A DNA stretch of 64,000 bases, from the sequence record AP019521.1; one strand, written 5' to 3'. This DNA comes from Escherichia phage KIT01. Positions 56,623 to 64,000 of the stretch are shown in pieces. A program made the translations under genes and the position numbers. The notes under the pieces were generated by a model. It did no database searches. It saw only the letters and a list, made by a program, of their open reading frames with translations, and was not told where the DNA came from. Numbering within the stretch: the first letter of the stretch is position 1; every line of letters begins with the position of its first letter.

Positions 56623-58148
56623 TGTCAACAAACACACTAAAACACATTAGTGATAAATCGGAATTCAAATCATTCGACCCTACTGGGTCGAATTTCCCGC
56701 CTGATATTACTAATGTTCAAGAAGCATTGGCAACTATTTCATTAATCGGCGTCACAGGTAATGTTCCTTCAGCCACAGAAACGTCCCAAGGCATTATTCG
56801 TCTTGCCACTACACAAGAAGTAATGGATGGATTGGATGCTTATAGTGCAGTGACACCAGCAACTTTAAAAGCTCGTTTAGATATTCCTACTCAGGCAACA
56901 GAAACTTATGTAGGTATCACCCGTTATGCTACTAACGCTGAAGCCATAGCAGGCACAGAGCCCCAGGCAGCAATCGTAGCAACTTCTTTGAAAGCGGTAA
57001 TGGATTATACATTTGAGAACCGTTTATCAACAGAGAACGCTACAGGCGTTATCAAGATTTCAACTACACCTGCTGCATTAGCTGGTACCGATGATACCAC
57101 AGCAATGACCCCACTTAAAGTATCTCAGGCAATTGGTGCAGCGACGGCCGCGTTACCGGTTTATTCTACAGCAACGACTACAAATGAAGGTTTAGTTCGT
57201 TTAGCGACCAATGCCGAGGTTGGTAATGGAAATCTTTCTGTAGGTATCGCTATTTCTCCGGCAGGATTAGCCACATTAACTTCCACCGAAGCCAGAAGTG
57301 GTATTATTAAACTCGCTGGTTGGGATATGGTATCTAATGGTACCGACCATACCGCCGCAGTTACACCGGCTTCTTTGTTAGCTCGTACAGGTAATACTGG
57401 ACGTATTGGGTTGGTTCGTTTATCTACTACTGTAGGCCAAGGCGATGGTAATACGGCACTGGCTTATAATGCTAACGTTATTTCTACTTCAGGCGGCGAA
57501 ATATGGGGTACTTTAAACGTTAATGGCGCATTACGTCGTAATGGTGTTGATGTTGTTACCCATGACCAATTATCAGATAGCGTTCCGGTAGGTACTATTT
57601 GCATGTGGGGTGGCCATGAAGGTAATATACCTGGTAAATGGCGTGCTTGTGTAGGTGGGACTTACACTGGTGGTGCATATTTAAATGCCGTTGGTGGGCG
57701 TTGGGGATGGTGGGGTGCTATTCCAGATTTCCGTGGATTATATCCTCGCGGCGCTAATATGGTTGGTGGATATTCTGAAGGTGAAGTTAACCCACATATT
57801 GCCGGTAACCGAGGACAAGACGGTAAAGGTAAGGCCCGTTTAGGCAACGGTGTTGGTTCGTTCCCGCAATCTTCCGTTCAAGCCCAAGCATTACGTTATC
57901 ATAAACATGCTGGTGGTTTTGGTGAACATGATAACTATGGCGCTTTTGGTAACACCGCTAACTCCGGATATGTTGGTACTCGTAAAGGACTTGACTGGGA
58001 TAACCGTAGTTATTATACCAACGAAGGTTTTGAGACCACCGATCCTTGGAACCGTGATGGACATACCACATTGAATAGTGAAGGTCTTATTGCCAACGAA
58101 ACACGTCCATGGACAATGTCCGTTCTTTTTATTATTAAAGTAGAATAA
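56622..58148 (+). CDS. 12: short tail fibre protein gp12
   Basis: 508 aa with repetitive (V/I)RLAT...E(A/V)xxG segments typical of gp12. Confidence 0.8.
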   Translation: MSTNTLKHISDKSEFKSFDPTGSNFPPDITNVQEALATISLIGVTGNVPSATETSQGIIRLATTQEVMDGLDAYSAVTPATLKARLDIPTQATETYVGITRYATNAEAIAGTEPQAAIVATSLKAVMDYTFENRLSTENATGVIKISTTPAALAGTDDTTAMTPLKVSQAIGAATAALPVYSTATTTNEGLVRLATNAEVGNGNLSVGIAISPAGLATLTSTEARSGIIKLAGWDMVSNGTDHTAAVTPASLLARTGNTGRIGLVRLSTTVGQGDGNTALAYNANVISTSGGEIWGTLNVNGALRRNGVDVVTHDQLSDSVPVGTICMWGGHEGNIPGKWRACVGGTYTGGAYLNAVGGRWGWWGAIPDFRGLYPRGANMVGGYSEGEVNPHIAGNRGQDGKGKARLGNGVGSFPQSSVQAQALRYHKHAGGFGEHDNYGAFGNTANSGYVGTRKGLDWDNRSYYTNEGFETTDPWNRDGHTTLNSEGLIANETRPWTMSVLFIIKVE

Positions 58149-58157
58149 GGGTAAAAA

Positions 58158-59747
58158 ATGATTAACAAATTGGAACTTAGTGAGTTACCATTTGTTGACG
58201 GCGTACCTGATGCTCCTCAAAAGCGTATCCAATGGATACGCGAGGGTGATTGTATGTCTGCAGCAAAAACAAAATACGGCAATGAAGGTAATTTGAACGC
58301 TGCTGCTTTAGGAGTTCAGAAAAACGTTGAAGCTCTTGATGCGAATGATTTGAAAACCGCAGATAAAGTTAACGAACTGGTAGAAAACGTTAATAATATC
58401 AATGATGCCTTAGAAATGGCTACGGATATTTCCGTCATCCAACAAATTGAGAAAAACCGTGTTGATATCGTAGAGCTTAAGAGAGTAGAAGGCGAAACCA
58501 CTACTGGGCTAAACAATTTAACCATAAATTTAGACCACCTAAAAGAAGACGTTGGTTACCATGACCCTTTACAAGATGGCCCATATTTAACTGTACGTGA
58601 AAATATTGTTCTTCTTAAAACCGAAATAGGTCATTATGAAAACCAGGATATAAATGGCAATCCATTGCCTCCTGGTGAAACCAGCGAAGCCACCGGTATG
58701 AAACGTCGCATCATTGATAATACCACTCAATTGGTCGACCATCGTCTTCGCATTGATACCCTTGAAAGGAATTATGAAGATTCTGACGTCGGGCAACTAG
58801 GTATTAAATTAAATGAAATTCGTGCTGAACTTGGGCCTCATTCTGATACTGTAGGTAAACAACCGGCTTATACCCGAATTTCTGTATTAGAAACGGCTGC
58901 AATTAATTTTAATACATCTATTGACGAAATTAAGGCTGATATTGATTTCTCTGGTATGCCTATAAAGGACCGAGTAACTACTTTAGAAAGCAAAACTCTT
59001 ACCCTAGAAAATTCAGTCAACGTTGATTTAAGCCCTCGTGTAACATCAATTGAAACCCAAATAGGTTCTGAATCAACTCCTACTTCTATTAATGGACGTT
59101 TAAGCGGTCTTCGTACTGATGTAAATGACCTTAAAACCATAGTGGGTGTTAGTTCAAGTGATGGCTTACGTTTCCAAGTTACTGATATCAACCGCCGTTT
59201 AGGTAGTGAAGTATCTCCGGCAGCTGGGACCATTAATAAGCGTTTAAATGACGTTATTATCCAAGCAAACCAATCTACTTCATCTATCCAGGATATTCAA
59301 GTAGAAATTGGAAATAACCAATCCGGTATTAAGGGTACTTTACTTAAACTCACCAATAAGGTTGATGGGACAAACCCTAACGGTGCTACTGTAGAAGAAC
59401 GTGGTCTTATTAACGCGGTTACTTCTTTAGAAACCCAGATGTTAGGTAAGTTGAATGATGCCCCTTCCGATGGTAAGCTTTATGCTCGTCGTAATGCTAC
59501 ATGGACCGAAGTTCCTAACGTTTCTACTGAAATAGGGACCGTTAAAGCTGATTTAGTTGTTACCGATGGTAATGTGGCAGCTTTAACTTCTAGAGTTACT
59601 GCAGCAGAAGATAAAATCACTGCATTAGAAACTGAACTTGCTAAACGTCCACCGGTGGCTCCAGTTGCTGATGGACTTCCGTATGTTCTTGTTGATAATG
59701 CATGGGTGTTATTGTCAGATTTTGTGACTTTAAACCCAGCACCATAA
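58158..59747 (+). CDS. wac: fibritin (whisker antigen control) Wac
   Basis: 529-aa coiled coil ending in a foldon-like DGLPYVLVDNAWVLLSDFV. Confidence 0.85.
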   Translation: MINKLELSELPFVDGVPDAPQKRIQWIREGDCMSAAKTKYGNEGNLNAAALGVQKNVEALDANDLKTADKVNELVENVNNINDALEMATDISVIQQIEKNRVDIVELKRVEGETTTGLNNLTINLDHLKEDVGYHDPLQDGPYLTVRENIVLLKTEIGHYENQDINGNPLPPGETSEATGMKRRIIDNTTQLVDHRLRIDTLERNYEDSDVGQLGIKLNEIRAELGPHSDTVGKQPAYTRISVLETAAINFNTSIDEIKADIDFSGMPIKDRVTTLESKTLTLENSVNVDLSPRVTSIETQIGSESTPTSINGRLSGLRTDVNDLKTIVGVSSSDGLRFQVTDINRRLGSEVSPAAGTINKRLNDVIIQANQSTSSIQDIQVEIGNNQSGIKGTLLKLTNKVDGTNPNGATVEERGLINAVTSLETQMLGKLNDAPSDGKLYARRNATWTEVPNVSTEIGTVKADLVVTDGNVAALTSRVTAAEDKITALETELAKRPPVAPVADGLPYVLVDNAWVLLSDFVTLNPAP

Positions 59748-59750
59748 TAA

Positions 59751-59770
59751 AAGGGCTTCGGCCCTTTTTT
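59751..59770 (+). terminator. rho-independent terminator after wac
   Basis: AAGGGC-TTCG-GCCCTT hairpin followed by TTTTTT. Confidence 0.6.
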
Positions 59771-59772
59771 GC

Positions 59773-59780
59773 TATAAATA
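59773..59780 (+). promoter_or_regulatory. late promoter TATAAATA for gene 13
   Basis: exact TATAAATA 22 nt upstream of the gene 13 ATG. Confidence 0.6.
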
Positions 59781-59801
59781 CGGTTATTAGAGGAATAAAC
59801 C

Positions 59802-60737
59802 ATGGCAAGTGAATCATATAACCCTAAGCAACTCAAGGACGCAATCCTGCGCCGCCTGGGTGCACCGATTACGAATATTGAAGTAACTACAGACCAAGTA
59901 TACGATTGCATCCAGCGCGCCCTGGAGCTCTACGGTGAGTATCATTATAACGGCTATAACAAAGGTTATCAGGCTTTTTATATAGGTCATGATGACGAAG
60001 AAAAATTCCGTAACGGCGTATTTGACCTTAAAGGCCGTAATATATTTGCGGTAACACAAATTTTAAGAACTAATGTAGGTTCTTTAACATCTATGGATGG
60101 CCAAGCGACTTATCCATGGTTTACTGATTTTGTATTAGGCCTAGCTGGTATTAATGGTGGTCTTGGAACTTCTTGTAACAGCTTTGGGCCTAATGCCTTC
60201 GGTGCCGACCTTGGGTATTTTACACAATTAATGCAATATCGTTCTATGATGCAAGACCTTTTGGTTCCATTGCCTGATTATTGGTATAACGATGCCACCG
60301 AACAATTGAAGGTAATGGGTAACTTTGTTAAAGGCGATTTTATTGTAATTGAAGTTTATACTCGCTCTTTTAATGGGGTTGATTCTATGGTAGGAAATAC
60401 CGCAGGATATGGATATGCCTCTGGTGGGTGCGACGAAAATGAATGGAGCCCTGGAGCTATTTGGGATAACCCGGCTCGTCGTATTTCAGGTATGAGGGCA
60501 GGTGAAGACCTTGGTTTGCAAGATGGTTCATATAATAACCGCTGGGTCAAAGATTATGCCACGGCATTGGTTAAAGAAGTCAATGGTAATATTTTGGCCA
60601 AACACCAAGGCATGCAACTTGCAGGTGGAACCACCGTAGATGGTATTCGATTGATTGAAGAAGCTCGTTTAGAAAAAGAACGTCTTCGCGAAGAATTAGA
60701 TTTACTCGACCCACCAACACCTATTTTAATTGGATAA
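59802..60737 (+). CDS. 13: neck protein gp13
   Basis: 311 aa, position and size of T4 gp13. Confidence 0.8.
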   Translation: MASESYNPKQLKDAILRRLGAPITNIEVTTDQVYDCIQRALELYGEYHYNGYNKGYQAFYIGHDDEEKFRNGVFDLKGRNIFAVTQILRTNVGSLTSMDGQATYPWFTDFVLGLAGINGGLGTSCNSFGPNAFGADLGYFTQLMQYRSMMQDLLVPLPDYWYNDATEQLKVMGNFVKGDFIVIEVYTRSFNGVDSMVGNTAGYGYASGGCDENEWSPGAIWDNPARRISGMRAGEDLGLQDGSYNNRWVKDYATALVKEVNGNILAKHQGMQLAGGTTVDGIRLIEEARLEKERLREELDLLDPPTPILIG

Positions 60738-60739
60738 TT

Positions 60740-61513
60740 ATGGCTACTTTCGATTCGAGTTTATTTGCCAAGCTGGAAAATAACACTGGTTATGCTAACA
60801 CGAACGAAACTGAAATAATGAATCCGTTCGTCAACTTCTACAAGCACGAGAATACCCAAACATTGGCTGATGCTTTAGTTGCTGAGTCTATTCAAATGCG
60901 TGGTATTGAGCTTTATTATATACCACGTGAATACGTTAATCCAGACCAGCTATTTGGCGAAGACCTTCAGAACAAATTTACTAAAGCCTGGAAATTTGCA
61001 GGTTATTTGGATTCCTTTGAAGGTTATTCCGGTGACAATACTTATTTCAGTAAGTTCGGTATGATGGTTAATGATGAAGTAACAATCACAATTAACCCTA
61101 ACCTTTTTAAACATCAATGCAATGGCACTGAACCTGTTTCAGGTGATTTGATTTATTTCCCAATGGACAACAGCCTATTCGAAATTAACTGGGTACAACC
61201 TTACGACCCGTTCTATCAAGTAGGAGCTAACGTCCAGCGTCGCATCACCGCTACCAAGTTCATTTACAATGGTGAAGAGCTTCGTCCTGAATTACAGAGA
61301 AATGAAGGTATTAATATTCCTGAGTTTAGTGAGCTTGATTTAATGCCTGTTAAGAATATCGACGGATTGGCTGATATCTCCGACATTCAATATGAAGAGG
61401 TCAATGAGATTAATGCTGAAGCGGCTGAATTCGTACATCCATATGTTGTAATTAATGGGCGAGGAGAGGATGCTCCTCCTACAGCATTTGATGATGCTTT
61501 TTTAGATGATTAA
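60740..61513 (+). CDS. 14: neck protein gp14
   Basis: 257 aa, position and size of T4 gp14. Confidence 0.8.
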   Translation: MATFDSSLFAKLENNTGYANTNETEIMNPFVNFYKHENTQTLADALVAESIQMRGIELYYIPREYVNPDQLFGEDLQNKFTKAWKFAGYLDSFEGYSGDNTYFSKFGMMVNDEVTITINPNLFKHQCNGTEPVSGDLIYFPMDNSLFEINWVQPYDPFYQVGANVQRRITATKFIYNGEELRPELQRNEGINIPEFSELDLMPVKNIDGLADISDIQYEEVNEINAEAAEFVHPYVVINGRGEDAPPTAFDDAFLDD

Positions 61514-61522
61514 ATAACTTCT

Positions 61523-62110
61523 ATGATAGAAGAAAAAGTAGGATTATGGCTTGGGGATTTGACAGATGAATATCTGGCGGTGGTCTCCAAGCCACCTAAA
61601 ACAGAATACACCGAAAAACATCATATTCTCCCTAGGTCTTTATTTCCAGAATACGAAAACACGCCGGAAAATATAGTTTCTATAGATGTTTTAGACCATC
61701 TAGAAGCGCATGCAATCTTAGCAAAAACAAAAGACCCTAAAATGATTTTAGCCTTTTGGATTATGTTTAGTAGTTCTGAACGTAGAAATTTAAATTTATC
61801 TGAAGAAGAATTAAAAATAAAATACGAAGAAGCCCGTATAGAAATGAAGAGGGTTAAATCAGCCTGGGGCAAAACTCGTATAGGTGAATTGAATCCATTT
61901 TTTGGTAAACACCACGGAGAGTATGCCAAAAAGAGAGCCAGTGAAACCCACAAAGGCAAAAAGCTTTCAGCAGAACATACCATATCCTTTGGACAAGCCC
62001 AAACAGGTGTACCAAAGAGAAAAGTAGAGTGTCCACATTGCCACAAGATGATAGGATACCATCTTATAAATCGTTGGCATAATGATAATTGTAAAATGAG
62101 AGGTGAGTAA
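61523..62110 (+). CDS. HNH homing endonuclease (Mob-like) inserted between genes 14 and 15
   Basis: EKHHILPRSLF...N...LDHLEAHAIL HNH motif; C-terminal CPHCHK...NRWHNDNC ribbon paralogous to the HNH at 840..1562. Confidence 0.75.
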   Translation: MIEEKVGLWLGDLTDEYLAVVSKPPKTEYTEKHHILPRSLFPEYENTPENIVSIDVLDHLEAHAILAKTKDPKMILAFWIMFSSSERRNLNLSEEELKIKYEEARIEMKRVKSAWGKTRIGELNPFFGKHHGEYAKKRASETHKGKKLSAEHTISFGQAQTGVPKRKVECPHCHKMIGYHLINRWHNDNCKMRGE

Positions 62111-62972
62111 TGTTCGGTCACTTTTATAATAGTTCGCTACGTCGCTATATTGTTTTGATGGGTGATTTATTTTCCCATGTTCAAGTAGCACGTCAAAGAG
62201 AAGATACAGGGCTTAAATTTATTAAGGTTCCTATTACGTATGCTTCTAAAGAAAGATTTATGGCAAATTTAGGTAAATGGACGGCAGTACAGAATATTCC
62301 AAACCCTAATATGTCTCCTAAAGAACGAGCTGAACAAAAGGCTAAAGTGGAAACAGTTCTTCCACGTATGAACCTTCAAATGGTTGATATGCTTTATAAC
62401 TCACAATACAAAACGGCTCTTCAGAACAGAACACAAATTCAATTTGAGAACGGTGACCCGAGAAAACGAGTTAGCCAATATTCTCCTACTCCAGTAAAAA
62501 TGATTTTCGAACTGGGTATTTACACTAGAACCCAAGATGATATGTTCCAAATTGTGGAACAGATTATGCCTTATTTCCAACCTCACTTTAATACAACAAT
62601 CACTGAACTCTATACAAACGAGATTAAATTTGACCGTGATATTCGTATTGTGTTCCAGTCTATTGCAATGGACGAACAATTAGAAGGTGATACCACTTCA
62701 CGTCGTCGCTTAGAATGGTCTATGATGTTTGAGGTTAACGGATGGTTATATCCTCCTGTGAAGGAAATGGAAGGCGAAATTAAAACCATTTATCTTGATT
62801 TCTTTGCTAACTCAAAGGAACTCGCTCCCGAAGGTAATTTTGAATCGGTTGATAGCGAAGTGGTTCCTAGAGGTGTAGAAGAAAAAGAATGGGATGGAAG
62901 TTCCGTTCAAACATATTCACAAGATATTCCAGTGCCTGTCGAGCCAGCGCCTCCAGCACCAAGGAGAAACCC

Positions 62973-62976
<4 letters not shown>
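62110..62976 (+). CDS. 15: tail sheath terminator / tail completion protein gp15
   Basis: 288 aa, synteny 14-15-16-17. Confidence 0.8.

Positions 62977-64000
<1,024 letters not shown>

Noticed and set aside
45823-61854. Minus-strand ORFs inside late genes (45823..46026, 48607..48879, 50785..51069, 52259..52576, 58868..59233, 59480..59911, 61621..62121 and others)
   Set aside because: Antisense to conserved structural genes 5-15 and wac; no promoter or RBS context; spurious.

Overview
This window is a contiguous piece of a T4-like (Tevenvirinae) myovirus genome, in the same orientation as the T4 map. Minus-strand early/middle genes run from the N-terminal end of gene 45 through 46, 47, 55, 49, nrdC, tk, regB, denV, internal-protein genes, e (lysozyme), nudE, two tRNAs, 57B/57A, 1, 3, 2 and 4. 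Plus-strand late genes follow: 53, 5, 5.1, 5.4, 6-12, wac, 13, 14, 15, 16 and the start of 17. Calls rest on reading the supplied translations against remembered T4 protein sequences, motifs and synteny; no database search was run. Between the recognisable core genes lie many small ORFan genes, and about 16 copies of a sigma70-type early promoter fused to an inverted repeat, resembling the PeSL cassettes described for RB49-like phages. The most interesting accessory content is: seven genes carrying the T4 capsid-targeting leader (T4 has three internal proteins); a tandem four-paralog family ending in W-x-SSS-x-x-C; a Pol-beta-type nucleotidyltransferase next to an AAA+ ATPase; a Macro-domain protein; a 2OG-Fe(II)-oxygenase-like protein; and Acb1 (57B). 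Four homing-endonuclease genes (two HNH, one clear GIY-YIG, one GIY-YIG-like) are present. No alpha-glucosyltransferase or nrdD/nrdG gene is seen at the T4 syntenic positions, and the tRNA cluster is reduced to two tRNAs. No CRISPR array, rRNA or integrase was found.
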